A stretch of 64,000 nucleotides of DNA, taken from assembly GCA_965226885.1 (NCBI GenBank), contig CBDDEL010000015.1:288001-352000 (forward strand), read 5' to 3'. This DNA is from Opitutales bacterium. Lineage in GTDB: Bacteria; Verrucomicrobiota; Verrucomicrobiia; Opitutales; UBA2987. Positions 53,308 through 64,000 of this stretch are shown here, piece by piece (the first letter of the stretch is position 1; every line of letters starts with the position of its first letter). Made by a program: the position numbers and the translations under genes. The notes below the pieces were generated by a model. The model did no database searches. It was not told the origin of the DNA and saw only the letters and a program-made list of their open reading frames with translations.

Positions 53308-56172
53308 TTACCGGTGCCGGTAAGCAACGGAAACAGAACGAAGCACCGGGGTATTGGCTCCGTTGGGCGAGATAAGGCTCGCTTTAAACTGGAAGTGCCG
53401 GGCGTCCCTGGCCAGACTCTTCAGCAGAGAGTGGCGCTCGCGATAGTAACTCACGGGTCCCTCCGGTCCTGTCCAAGTAGTATTCTTGAGCGCTTCGAGG
53501 GTAGGAGCGGCGCGCACTTGAAATTCGATGCCGGTGGCAAAGGGAGTGTCCCCCTCCCAATCCAATGATTCGAAGTCGGCGGCGCGTTCCGCATCCAAGA
53601 CCCTGGAGATGTAATCGAACCGCTCGCCGCGGTGAGCGATGTTGCCGATGTCGTTTACCATCAACCAATGAGGCCCTAGGCCGGGCAGAAGTGTGCGGTG
53701 TTCCGGAGAAAAGCCATCCGGCCCTCCCCAATAGAGAAAGGAATCGTTGCGATGGCTCCCCTCCAGGCGGTGGTTGGAGAAGAGGATGTCCGGGAATCCA
53801 TCGTAATTGTAGTCCGCTACGGTGGCGCCGGAGGCTGAATTGGTCGGCATCATGGTAACCCGCTCGGGGTCGAACCCCTGATCGCTATTCCAGTAGATGC
53901 TGGAGGGGTGGGAACGCGTTTCCCCTGCGTGGTAACTGGTCAGAACCAGGTCCAGGTGGCCGTCGCCGTTCAAGTCCGCCACGGCGGCGTCTTCATTGCC
54001 AACGGTAGGCAGGACCAGCCTCCGTGACTTAGAAAAACCGTCCGCGCTTCCCCAGTAGATAAAGGTGCCCGCTTTATAGTCGCCATCCGCGGTTGTCAGG
54101 TTGCACGAAATGATATCGAGATGACCATCCCGATTGAGATCGGCGACCTCTGTGGCCACCGTCAGTGCTGCCGGGAGTATGGTTTTTCGCACGTTGTCAA
54201 ATCCGTTTGGACCGTTCCAGTAGATCACCAACTCGCTGTGGACGTTCGGAAAAACGATATCCAGATAACCGTCGCCGTTGAAGTCGCCAAACGATTGGCA
54301 GCGTGTTCCGTCGGCTTGGAAAATGAATTGATTGTTGCCCGCAAACCCCATCGGGCCGCCCCAGTGCAGGCTGGCCACCCCGCCCGCCGCGAAATCGCTG
54401 ATGGAAATATCGAGGTAGCCGTCACGATTGTAATCCGCGATAAGGCCGCTGAAGGACATGTTAGACGAGACCAAGGTTTTGTCGCCCGTCGAGTACCCCT
54501 GTTTCGAGCCCCAGTAAACCGCACTCTCGGCCCCCCCCTGGAACAGGTCGACATATCCGTCGTTGTCAATATCCGAGGTGGCGTGTCCTTCGGCCGGAGA
54601 ACCGTAGGGGTGCAAGAGGTCCGAACGCTGATCGACGGAGTAATCCCCCGTTTCATTGCCCCAGTAGATGTAGGCGGGTATCGGCGCGCCGGCGGAGCCG
54701 TCGATCGCGTTGATGAAGACAAGATCCTTCTTTCCGTCCTTGTCAAAGTCGCCCGCGGCGATACTCGCGGCGCCTACAGTCTGCAGATCCAGCCGGCGGC
54801 CGCTGTCAAGCCCATCCGACCCTCCCCAGTAAACGTAGGATGTCGTGCGATGCGACCGCGCGTCGTTATCGTTGGCGAAGATGAGGTCCTGGTGGCCGTC
54901 GTTGTTGATGTCGTCGATCAGACAATCTTGGGGATTGAGGGTCGGAAAGGTGCTGCGCCGGTGAGCCTGGAAGCCCTGCGGGCTGTTCCAGTAGACATAG
55001 GAGCCGGCTCCAGCAGACGCGGCGGCGTGGCCGGTCAGTTGCGGACCATTGGCAAATGCCAGGTCGATGAGACCGTCTCCATTGAGGTCGCCCGCCGCCA
55101 CTCCTGCCGCCGCCAGCGTCGGCAATTCGGTTCGGCGTGCCGCCTCGTAACCTTCTCTGGAACCCCAGTATATGAAGGAAGAGATGGCGTCCGTGACAGA
55201 GTCCGTGTCCAGTTCGCGTTTCTCCTCCGGGTCACGTTTGAGGGGGCGGTAACGGTTGGCCACCACGATATCGGGGAAGCGGTCGCCGTCGAGGTCTGCG
55301 AGGGCGAGGGCGGCACTCCGCTCGCCAGGGAGAGTCGTCCGCCGCTTTTCGGAATATTTCTCCTGCCCTTTTCCCTGCCCTTTTCCCCAATAAATCATTA
55401 CGTTGCCCGATTGCTGTCCATCGCCTTGATTCGAAAAAACGATGTCGAGCGCACCGTCCGTGTTCAGGTCGGCTATTTTAACGTCGGTAGCGGCCTGGGT
55501 AGGGAGGTGGGAGAGTTTCTTGGTTGAGAAACCTTCTTTTGAGCCCCAGTAGATGGTGGAGTAGTTCCCCGGTTTCATTGACGTGTCCTTCGTATTCGCG
55601 CTGTTGGCAAAGACCAGATCGAGAAATCCGTCCGCGTTGAGATCCTCGATAGCTGCTCCGGTGGCTCCGTTAGTCGGAAGTTCCGCCCGACGCTCCTCGT
55701 CGAATCCATCCTGGCTTCCCCAGTAAATGTAGGAGTTGGTGTTCGACTTTACCCCGTTGTTTCCGTTGACGACAACGAGGTCTTCGAACCCGTCGCGATT
55801 GAGATCGGCGATGGCCTGCGCCTGGCCTCCATCGCTCGGCAATCGCGTCCGTTGGCCTACTTCGAAACCGTCAACTCCCCAGTAGATGAAGAGGTCGATT
55901 TGGGTGTTGTTGTCATGGGTATTGGCAAATACGATGTCGAGAAATCCGTCATCATTCAGGTCCGACTGGCTAACCAGGCGGATCTCCCCCGCTGCGGTCA
56001 CATAGGTGTTGGCGCCGCCGTCTTGGAGGGTCCCTTCGCTGAATTCGAGGAAGGTCGAAACGGTCCAGGTTTCGGTCGCATAGACCCCTGAGGTCGCATA
56101 GACCCCTGACACAGCGGAGAGGAAAATTCCGAGTAGAATTGGGGAAACAATCGCCGTTCGTCGCAAGGTCAC
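53308..56172 (-). CDS. Secreted FG-GAP/VCBS repeat protein
   Basis: Signal peptide; many DxNxDGxxD loops with recurring YWG/YWN motifs. Confidence 0.88.
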   Translation of the reverse strand: MTLRRTAIVSPILLGIFLSAVSGVYATSGVYATETWTVSTFLEFSEGTLQDGGANTYVTAAGEIRLVSQSDLNDDGFLDIVFANTHDNNTQIDLFIYWGVDGFEVGQRTRLPSDGGQAQAIADLNRDGFEDLVVVNGNNGVKSNTNSYIYWGSQDGFDEERRAELPTNGATGAAIEDLNADGFLDLVFANSANTKDTSMKPGNYSTIYWGSKEGFSTKKLSHLPTQAATDVKIADLNTDGALDIVFSNQGDGQQSGNVMIYWGKGQGKGQEKYSEKRRTTLPGERSAALALADLDGDRFPDIVVANRYRPLKRDPEEKRELDTDSVTDAISSFIYWGSREGYEAARRTELPTLAAAGVAAGDLNGDGLIDLAFANGPQLTGHAAASAGAGSYVYWNSPQGFQAHRRSTFPTLNPQDCLIDDINNDGHQDLIFANDNDARSHRTTSYVYWGGSDGLDSGRRLDLQTVGAASIAAGDFDKDGKKDLVFINAIDGSAGAPIPAYIYWGNETGDYSVDQRSDLLHPYGSPAEGHATSDIDNDGYVDLFQGGAESAVYWGSKQGYSTGDKTLVSSNMSFSGLIADYNRDGYLDISISDFAAGGVASLHWGGPMGFAGNNQFIFQADGTRCQSFGDFNGDGYLDIVFPNVHSELVIYWNGPNGFDNVRKTILPAALTVATEVADLNRDGHLDIISCNLTTADGDYKAGTFIYWGSADGFSKSRRLVLPTVGNEDAAVADLNGDGHLDLVLTSYHAGETRSHPSSIYWNSDQGFDPERVTMMPTNSASGATVADYNYDGFPDILFSNHRLEGSHRNDSFLYWGGPDGFSPEHRTLLPGLGPHWLMVNDIGNIAHRGERFDYISRVLDAERAADFESLDWEGDTPFATGIEFQVRAAPTLEALKNTTWTGPEGPVSYYRERHSLLKSLARDARHFQFKASLISPNGANTPVLRSVSVAYRHR

Positions 56173-56423
56173 TATACCCCTTGATTGTTGGATTCTGTGT
56201 TGGCATAGTCAATCTTACAAAGCTGGATAGATATTATGTCCACTGAAAGATCCTTGTCCTGCAGGGCCGCATCCCCCATATAAAAGATCGTTCCTGACTT
56301 AACAACGTTCAGCCATTCCATCATCATGAAATCGCGGAGAGCCGGGTGAAATCGCGGAGAGCCGGGGAGGATTTCAGTAACCGGCTGGCAAGTTGCCTGT
56401 CTCCGCACTCCATAACAAAATAA

Positions 56424-57491
56424 GTGAAAAACACCCAAAATAACGACCGGCCGCGGGCTGTCTGGCGCACTGATAAAAAAGGAAGGGATTTGCTGATCCT
56501 GGAAAACGATTGCATCCGAGTAACCGCCTGGCCCGCTTTTGGCGGTGCTGTGCTGGAATTCGTGGACTGCGGGTCCGGGATTGACGTTATGTGGCACAAT
56601 CCACTGTTGGAACCGTTACGACCCTGTCTTTCCGCTCAGCCCGTCGAGGGCTATAGCGATTTGTATGATTTCCTCGATGGCTCCTGGTTTCTGTCACTGC
56701 CAACCGGTTTTTTTCCGACTTCTTATTATGGAGCCCCCATCGGCGCCCACGGAGAATTGCGTTCGGTCTGCTGGGAGGTCGTCGATATAGCCGAGTCGGA
56801 TTCCCGCCTCGAGGTCCGGGTGGTTGGAAACTCGATCCGCACTCCCTTACGGGTAGAGCGAACATGGACGTTATTTTCCGGCAGCAAATCCTTGATCTGG
56901 AGGGAGCGGGTCATCAATCGGAGCACCAAAGATCGACCGGTGTCATGGTTGCATCACCCGGCATTTGGAGGACCCCTGGTAGATGGTGGCGAGTTGCGTG
57001 TGTCGTGCCGTGAGGTGGCAGTCTATGAGGGATTCGATCCCGATCAGGTCCAGGTCCAGCCGGGCTATCGTGGGGATTGGCCCTGGGTTCCCGAGACGGA
57101 GTTAGGCGGCGGGCAGCAGCGGGATTGCAGCCGGGTGCCACCGGCCGGCAGCGGCAAGGATCATTCAATCATGCTTACCGGTTTTGATATAGGGTGGGGC
57201 TGTCTTTGGAATCCCGGTCTGGATTTGGGGTTCGGTCTTCGCTGGGATGAAACCATTTTTCCCTGGGCATGGAGCTGGATGAATGCTGGTGGACCCGAGG
57301 ACTACCCCCTTTGGGGACAGGGACATTTGGCTACGCTACAACCCGGGACCTCACCGGTCGGTCGGTTCGAGGATCTTGTGGAATCAGGACAGGTTAGGTT
57401 CATTCCGGCGCAAGGTTCCCTCGAGACGGTGTTTGTCAGTGGTTTTCTTATCGATCCCGACGCTCCCCTGGCGCTTCCCGAGCTGAATTAG
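56424..57491 (+). CDS. Aldose 1-epimerase/galactose mutarotase-like protein
   Basis: HGE and WLHHPAFG motifs. Confidence 0.7.
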   Translation: MKNTQNNDRPRAVWRTDKKGRDLLILENDCIRVTAWPAFGGAVLEFVDCGSGIDVMWHNPLLEPLRPCLSAQPVEGYSDLYDFLDGSWFLSLPTGFFPTSYYGAPIGAHGELRSVCWEVVDIAESDSRLEVRVVGNSIRTPLRVERTWTLFSGSKSLIWRERVINRSTKDRPVSWLHHPAFGGPLVDGGELRVSCREVAVYEGFDPDQVQVQPGYRGDWPWVPETELGGGQQRDCSRVPPAGSGKDHSIMLTGFDIGWGCLWNPGLDLGFGLRWDETIFPWAWSWMNAGGPEDYPLWGQGHLATLQPGTSPVGRFEDLVESGQVRFIPAQGSLETVFVSGFLIDPDAPLALPELN

Positions 57492-57499
57492 AAAAACGG

Positions 57500-58597
57500 A
57501 TGAGTATCTGGAAATATGAAGACCTGTTACCGTCTGTGGCGGTGAAATGGCAGATGAGCCTCGGAGAAGGCGGGGCGCCCTTGATCAAATCGAGGAGAAT
57601 CGGGCCGTCCCTCGGGATGGAGAACCTTTTCTTCAAACTGGAGACGGTAAATCCAACGGGATCCTATAAAGACCGTTTCGCGGCCGCGGCGATCAGCTTT
57701 CAGTTGGCCTCCGGTAGTCGATTCTGTCTCGGCACTTCCAGCGGCAATACAGGATCGGCCCTGGCAGCGTATGCGGCCGCGGCGGGCGTGCCTTGCCTCC
57801 TCGCCATCGTCGATACAGTCCCAGAGGGAAAGCTAAGGCAAATGATGGCCTATGGCGCCAAACTGTTTAGAATCCGTGAATTTGGAATAGATCCCGGGTT
57901 GACGGCCGAAATCATTGACGGATTGCCAACGCTGGCGGAGGAGATGCAGGCTACCATGGAAGTCAGCGCTTTTGTCATTTCACCCCTCGGCATGGCAGGT
58001 GTTCAGACGATCAGCTATGAACTGGCCGAGCAACTACCGGAGGGAATCGCTCACGTATTTACTCCCAGTGGCGGTGGCGGCCTTACCCTGGCAGTTGAAC
58101 GAGGATTCTCGCTTTTGCGCGCTAAGCGGGACTATCCCCTTCCCGCCGTGCATTGTGTGCAACCCGAGGGGAACAACACGATTGCGGGTCCGCTCCGTTC
58201 CGGGGAGTCTCAGGCGAAGCAGTGTGTCAGCACCACGGAAGTCAGTGGCTTGCAAGTCGGAAACGTTCATGATGGACATATGACACTCGAGGCCTGCAGA
58301 AATTCCGGAGGGACCGGCCATCTCGTGAGCGATGAAGCGGTTTTCGCGATGCAAGCCCGTTTGGCCCGCGATGAAGGCGTATTTTGTGAGCCGGCCGGAG
58401 CGGTTTCGGTGACAGCTCTGCAAGCCGCCCTTGCAGAGGAAGATATCTCCCCCCAAGATGTCGTCGTCTGCCTGATTACGGGAACGGGTTTCAAGGATGA
58501 ACGGTCTGTCGAGCGGATGACTGCCAACGAAGTTTGTCCTCGCCTGGATTCCTTTGCGGCCTTTGCCGAGTCTATTCGGGAATGCGTTCAACCCTGA
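57500..58597 (+). CDS. Threonine synthase-like PLP enzyme
   Basis: NPTGSYKDR, SSGNTG, EPAGA and TGTGFKD motifs. Confidence 0.88.
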   Translation: MSIWKYEDLLPSVAVKWQMSLGEGGAPLIKSRRIGPSLGMENLFFKLETVNPTGSYKDRFAAAAISFQLASGSRFCLGTSSGNTGSALAAYAAAAGVPCLLAIVDTVPEGKLRQMMAYGAKLFRIREFGIDPGLTAEIIDGLPTLAEEMQATMEVSAFVISPLGMAGVQTISYELAEQLPEGIAHVFTPSGGGGLTLAVERGFSLLRAKRDYPLPAVHCVQPEGNNTIAGPLRSGESQAKQCVSTTEVSGLQVGNVHDGHMTLEACRNSGGTGHLVSDEAVFAMQARLARDEGVFCEPAGAVSVTALQAALAEEDISPQDVVVCLITGTGFKDERSVERMTANEVCPRLDSFAAFAESIRECVQP

Positions 58598-58656
58598 CAG
58601 AAATCAATTTTCCCCTTGAACCTAAATTCAACAATAGATAATTTTTTATATTAATT

Positions 58657-59481
58657 ATGGAGGTTATTGAAAAAAATTCGACCGAGGTTTTCTCGCTGCT
58701 GGACGACCTCGATCACGATGGTTACTGCATCGTTCGCGAGGTGATTCCATCAGAAGATATTCCTAATTTGCACGACTCGATTGCCGCCTCGGTACGTGAA
58801 CACTCCTCGCTCCCTCTGCCGACAGGATACGTGACCGGTTTTCTGCGAGTCAATCAGGCAATCGCCCCCTACCTGACCGATCCCCGGCTTATGGCGGTGG
58901 TCAACCACCTTTTCGGAGAGTTTCCAAATATCTCCATGATAACCGGAACGGTTAATGGGCGCGGCATTCCTCGCGGGGACGTTCATGCAGACTGGCCCTA
59001 CAACCAAAACCACCGCAGTCGTGTCCGCGCGCCTTATCCAGATGTGATCATGAATCTGGTCACGATGTGGATGATAACCGATTATACGGTAGAAACCGGG
59101 GGAACTATTATCATACCGGGAAGCCACAAGCGTAATTATGCCCCTGAACACGGCACTGCCATCGACCCTAAAAGCAAACACGAGGGAGAAACCCAATTGG
59201 TTGGCAAAGCAGGTGATGTGGGCGTGTTCGACGCCCGCACCTGGCATGCCATAGCCCCGAACATCAGCAGCCGGGATCGCGTCGGAGTAATCGTGCGATA
59301 TGCGCCCTGGTGGATGAACCTCAATCCCCTCAAACCAGGAACCCGGGAACGCCGGCTGATGGTTGAAAACACTAGTGGCGGAGACCCCGAAGTCGCTCTT
59401 CTGCCCAGGTCGATCTACGAGAAATTACCGGAGGAACTGAAGCCACTGATCGACCATTTGGTGGTGGAGAATGGGAGTTGA
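58657..59481 (+). CDS. PhyH-family 2OG-Fe(II) dioxygenase
   Basis: HAD, GGTIIIPGSH and WH motifs. Confidence 0.85.
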   Translation: MEVIEKNSTEVFSLLDDLDHDGYCIVREVIPSEDIPNLHDSIAASVREHSSLPLPTGYVTGFLRVNQAIAPYLTDPRLMAVVNHLFGEFPNISMITGTVNGRGIPRGDVHADWPYNQNHRSRVRAPYPDVIMNLVTMWMITDYTVETGGTIIIPGSHKRNYAPEHGTAIDPKSKHEGETQLVGKAGDVGVFDARTWHAIAPNISSRDRVGVIVRYAPWWMNLNPLKPGTRERRLMVENTSGGDPEVALLPRSIYEKLPEELKPLIDHLVVENGS

Positions 59482-60467
59482 TGGGAAATGGGGTTAAGGC
59501 TATCAGCCTCAGCCGACTTGGGTTGGGGGGAGCGCTCTTTGGACGGGAGATTGACGAGGCGGCCAGCCGAAAAATCCTCGATTATGCTTTGGAGCAAGAC
59601 ATCTCCCTGATCGATACGGCAGAGGCTTATGGCGGGGGCAATGCTCGTTCCTATAGGCAGAAAGTTTGTGGTGTCGATGATATCCGGGAAGTCTCCGACG
59701 AAATGCATTCCTCAGAAAAAATCATCGGTCGTTGGCTGCGGGACCGGAATATCCGAAAGGACGTCACACTTTGCACGAAAGTCAGCACCGGAGGAAAGGC
59801 CGCCAACGTCCACCGGGCGGTCAGGGGAAGTCTGGAACGATTGCAAACGGATGTTATCAATATTTACATGATGCATACTCCGGATGCGGAGGTCCCTCTG
59901 GAGGAGACCCTTGAGGCCCTTACGGAAGAGGTAAATGCGGGCACCATTCGGGCAATCGGGTGCAGCAATTTTTCACACCATCAATTGGCTGAAGCTCTTG
60001 ATCTAAGCCAAACCCGAGGCTACGCCCGCATGGAATACATCCAGCCGCCCTTTAGTTTGGCCGGCGCCAGGGCACGCATCGACCTGCTGCCCCTTTGCCT
60101 GGAGGAAAAAGTGGCCACAATGGCCTATAGCCCGCTGGCGGCAGGTTTTCTGGCCGGAAAATATACCCCCTCCCGAGACTCTATTCCCAAAGGCACTCGC
60201 TTCGATGTAATCCCCGGGCATATCGACATATATTTCAAAGAGAATAATTTTAAAATACTCGATTTGCTCCGCGCCTTATCGGCGGATTTGGGACTTGGGA
60301 TGGTCAACCTGGCAATGGCCTGGGTGCTCGCTTACCCTGGCATCACCTCGGTTTTGGTCGGGGCAAGGAAGAAGGCACACATCGACAATGCTCTCGATTG
60401 CCTGCGAAACCCTCTTTCCGAGGAACTATTCCAGCGTATGACAAGCTGGCTGGGTGAAGCCGATTAA
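59478..60467 (+). CDS. Aldo/keto reductase
   Basis: DTAEAYG, SLERLQTD, IGCSN and YSPLAAG motifs. Confidence 0.9.
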   Translation: MMGNGVKAISLSRLGLGGALFGREIDEAASRKILDYALEQDISLIDTAEAYGGGNARSYRQKVCGVDDIREVSDEMHSSEKIIGRWLRDRNIRKDVTLCTKVSTGGKAANVHRAVRGSLERLQTDVINIYMMHTPDAEVPLEETLEALTEEVNAGTIRAIGCSNFSHHQLAEALDLSQTRGYARMEYIQPPFSLAGARARIDLLPLCLEEKVATMAYSPLAAGFLAGKYTPSRDSIPKGTRFDVIPGHIDIYFKENNFKILDLLRALSADLGLGMVNLAMAWVLAYPGITSVLVGARKKAHIDNALDCLRNPLSEELFQRMTSWLGEAD

Positions 60468-60535
60468 TTGCCTTTAATTCGGACTTCACCTCCTTGTCGC
60501 GGTAAGGGGTAAAATTGGGTTCAGAATACTAACTA

Positions 60536-62338
60536 GAGGCTGTCCCAAAAGGGTGATTTTTGCGAGGGCTTTTGATAGGCGCTCATTTTAGAGGTATTTG
60601 CATTTGGGAGAGTATCAACTTTGCTCTCCTATGACGTTAGGATACTGGTTTTGGGGTCCGGTTGCCTGGTTTTCTTTGTATGAGCCGACAGTAAGGCTGT
60701 GAAAAAGTATTGTCCTTGCTTTTCCGCTCTCTAGGCCGCCGCTTTGGTTTTTAGTTCGTCTTGCTGGGCCAGCATCTTGGCTACTTTCCATAGGTTGTGC
60801 GAGAGTACCGACCAGGCTACGCTGATCGAGCGGTTGGCAAAGCCTTTGCTGCGCAACCGCCCGGCCTGCCAGCGATTCTTCAATACCCCGATCCGCCCTT
60901 CGGTGCTGGCCCGGCGCTTTTGCAATTGTCTGAACAGTGGTTCCTCCCTCCGTTTTTTCAACTGCTTCGGATCGCGTGGACAGAGCGCGTCGTAGATTCC
61001 CTCCTGGGCTAACTGCCGGCGGGCCCGCTGGGAGGCAAATCCCCGGTCCGCGCACATGGCCGCTATGGGTTCTTCCAGGTTGAAGCGGTTCTGTCTTTGC
61101 AAACTCTCTTGCATTTGTTCATTTTCGCTTGGAGTTCGGCTGCCGTAGAGTTTCCAGTCCAGCAGGTACCCTTCAACGCTTTCTCCCAAAAACAGGGTGT
61201 TGCCGAACTCGACCTCTTGGCCCGCTTTACCTCGCACAATCACCTGCCCATCGAGTTCGTAAACACTCAAGACTTTCTCTGCGTTTTTCACCTGGCGGCC
61301 GCCAATGATCCGCTCGTGCGCCTGTTTGATGACCACCGGGATTTGCTCGCTCATGCGCTCCATCCGGGCGAGGATCTGTTGGACCTGTTTTTCGCTGTAA
61401 TCGCTTTGCTCCCAGCAGGCTTGCAATAATTCCCGGTGACTGCGGGCATGCTCCCCGATCCGTTTGAGCAGCTTTTTCATCTGCCTCAAGATACCCTTGC
61501 GCTGCCGCGCGCTGTCCTTTCGCCGCCGGCTGTGGGTCATCTGTATGCACAGCCGATTCATCTGCCGAGCCAAGGGCTCCGGTTCGATCGGCATGCGATG
61601 GCGCAAACCGGCCTTCTCGCGGATCAGCCGGATCGCTTTGAGCAACGTGCCGGCTACATCCTTGAGTAATACCCAGTCCGTCGGCCAATGAATGTTAGCC
61701 TCTAAACAGGTGTCGTCGATCAGGCAAATGGTGGTGTCAATCGGCTTGTCCAATCCCACCTGCCGGGCCAGAAGGGCATCGCCCACCACCTCAGTCAAGG
61801 TCCGGTGCAAGGCCCTCAACTGCTCTTCGCTGAAAAACTTCGAGGCCCGCTCCAGGGTGCTTTTGGAGATGCCCCTGATGCCATCGATCTGCCGGACACG
61901 GCAAAAGTCGGCCAACAGATCGCTGCTGCCCAGAGCCCGCGACAAATGCCGAAACGAAATCCCTCCGAGCAGACGGCCCAGCGTATCCATGCGCAGTGCC
62001 TTGATGGCAAAACTGGCCCGCTGCCGCCGGGCCTTTAGACCCATTGGCGGCCACCCCTCCAAGGCCAGCTCAATGGCCTGCGATTCCACCTCCGAGTCGA
62101 TCAATGGTGGCGCGGAAGTTATCGTAATCGAGGCACCGGTCGACCACAGTTAAAGCTGGACGCAGGAGGCATTGGATGGCTATATTTTTCATAGACATAG
62201 AGAGGGCTATATTGATTTTCGCTAACTCAATTATAGAACCCTTTTTTGGCCGGATCGAGCAAAAACTTGCTCTTTCCGGCTCTTTTTATCAACGTCATCC
62301 AGTTGACTATAAAATCTTTATATTTTTGGGACAGCCTC
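60536..62338 (-). mobile_element. IS5-like/ISNCY-type element, copy 2, transposase frameshifted
   Basis: Same IRs as copy 1; 6-bp target duplication TAACTA; 20-bp deletion near the transposase 5' end. Confidence 0.9.
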
Positions 62339-62351
62339 TAACTAGATATGA

Positions 62352-63938
62352 GTGATGGATTTGAGTAGTGCAGCCGTTACAACCCGCAGTGGCCTGCATG
62401 TGGTCGATTGGTGCTTTGTTGCCGTATATGCGTTTGGCATGATGGGGATCGGCGCCTGGTATGCCCGACGCGAAAAAGATGATTCCGATTATTTCATTGG
62501 AGACGGTCGGATGAACACGACCTTGGTAGGTATTTCACTTTTCGCAACGCTGTTCAGCACCATAAGTTATCTGTCCCAGCCGGGAGAAATTATCAAGCAC
62601 GGCCCCTTTATCCTCTTTATTTTTCTCTCCATCCCGATTGCCTACTATGTCGTCACCCGCATGTTAATCCCCGTCTACATGCGGCATCGGGTCGTCTCCG
62701 CCTACCAGCTTCTTGATTCCAGCCTGGGACCGGGCATTCGGAGGCTTGGGGCGGCGCTTTTCATATTACTCCGGCTGGTTTGGATGTCCGTCCTGATTTT
62801 CATGGCATCGTCAGCGATTGCAGTTATCATCGGCTTGCCCTCGGATCAGGTTTACTGGGTAATCGCCGGCACCGGTTTGGTGGCGGTCTTTTACACCACC
62901 TTAGGAGGGCTCAGAGCAGTGGTTATTTCCGATGTAGTGCAAACCTTCATTCTTCTCCTCGGCGCGCTCTGCACCCTATGGATCGTAAGCTGGCGCCTGG
63001 GCGGACTTTCCTGGATACCTACCTCCTGGAACCCTCATTGGGACGTGCAGCCTATATTCAGTTTCGATCCTCACGTGCGAGTCACCGTAATCGGGGTCAT
63101 CGTGATGAATTTTTTCTGGCAAATTTGCACTGCGGGAGGCGACCAGTTGGCCATCCAGCGTTACATGGCCACCCGGGATGCGGACGCCGCCCGCCGCGCC
63201 TTCCTCATCAATTCAATTCTAGGTGTGGGTATTTCGCTTTTGGTGGCCACGATTGGTTTTGCTCTGGTCGGTTATTACACCCGGTTTCCTGAATTACTTC
63301 CGCGGGGAGAATCCATCGATTCTTACGCCGATCAACTTTTTCCCAACTTCATCGGCACCCAGTTGCCGATCGGTCTTTCCGGGTTAGTGGTTTCCGCGTT
63401 GTTTGCTGCCGCCATGTCCAGCGTGGACTCAGGAATAAATTCCATAACCGCGGTAGTCCTGCATGACTTTTTGCGTGGATTCCAAAAGCGGCTTCCCGAG
63501 AAAAAACGTGTTCTCCTAGCCCGCTGGCTCGCCTTGGGCATCGGTCTTTGTGTCGTCCTGGTCGCCTCCCTGGTCGGGGGGATACCCGGCAGCTTTCTCG
63601 AACTTACAAAAAAGACCACGAATCTTTTTGCAGGACCCATTTTCGGTCTTTTTTTCCTTGCGGTGATATACCGAAAGTCCAATCCACTCGGCGCCTGGGT
63701 GGGAACCGTTTGGGGATTCCTGACATCCCTGACCATCGCTTATTGGGATAGTTTGACTGGTCTGCGCCCGTTGAGCTTCATGTATATAATTCCGCCTGCG
63801 CTCGTGGTGCAGATCGGAACAGCGATCATTCTGGCAAAATTCTCTTTGCCCGATTCAGTTCGAACCAAAGCCGTTATCGCCCTGATTCTTTGCCTGATGC
63901 CGCTGGCGGGAATAATCTTGTTGGGTCTTCTCAGCTAA
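62352..63938 (+). CDS. Sodium:solute symporter
   Basis: YTTLGGLRAVVISD, DQLAIQRY and AAAMSSVDSGINS motifs. Confidence 0.92.
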   Translation: MMDLSSAAVTTRSGLHVVDWCFVAVYAFGMMGIGAWYARREKDDSDYFIGDGRMNTTLVGISLFATLFSTISYLSQPGEIIKHGPFILFIFLSIPIAYYVVTRMLIPVYMRHRVVSAYQLLDSSLGPGIRRLGAALFILLRLVWMSVLIFMASSAIAVIIGLPSDQVYWVIAGTGLVAVFYTTLGGLRAVVISDVVQTFILLLGALCTLWIVSWRLGGLSWIPTSWNPHWDVQPIFSFDPHVRVTVIGVIVMNFFWQICTAGGDQLAIQRYMATRDADAARRAFLINSILGVGISLLVATIGFALVGYYTRFPELLPRGESIDSYADQLFPNFIGTQLPIGLSGLVVSALFAAAMSSVDSGINSITAVVLHDFLRGFQKRLPEKKRVLLARWLALGIGLCVVLVASLVGGIPGSFLELTKKTTNLFAGPIFGLFFLAVIYRKSNPLGAWVGTVWGFLTSLTIAYWDSLTGLRPLSFMYIIPPALVVQIGTAIILAKFSLPDSVRTKAVIALILCLMPLAGIILLGLLS

Positions 63939-64000
63939 ATTCGGTCAGGTGGGGAAAGAGTCAGAATGACAGAAGCCTCCAGAATTTGAACAACTCCTAC

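Overview
Bacterial chromosomal window. Gene content and a Trp-rich C-terminal domain fragment suggest Verrucomicrobiota, probably Opitutales (inference). It has four parts. (1) 1-8.5 kb: an atypical periplasmic nitrate-reductase-like (Nap-like) operon with a multi-heme cytochrome c, a Tat-exported Mo-bisPGD enzyme, NapG/H/F-like ferredoxins, a membrane polyferredoxin and a MOSC protein; three accessory genes carry single inactivating lesions. (2) 8.6-33 kb: mostly intact housekeeping genes (gpsA, coaD, pgsA, pgpA, aroQ, ptsI, ispEDF, ndk, mcsA-mcsB-clpC, ilvE, tmRNA) interrupted by IS1380, IS630, IS3 and a structured 276-bp MITE. (3) 33-42 kb: nested IS elements, truncated genes, a tRNA-Leu 3' att fragment with a broken integrase, and a 67-bp miniature element with IS3 ends. 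(4) 42-64 kb: a catabolic/accessory cluster that is probably island cargo. The most striking signal not explained by annotation is a window-wide set of perfect 4-21 bp tandem duplications that frameshift or lengthen genes and IS copies. All family calls come from motif recognition; no database search was run.
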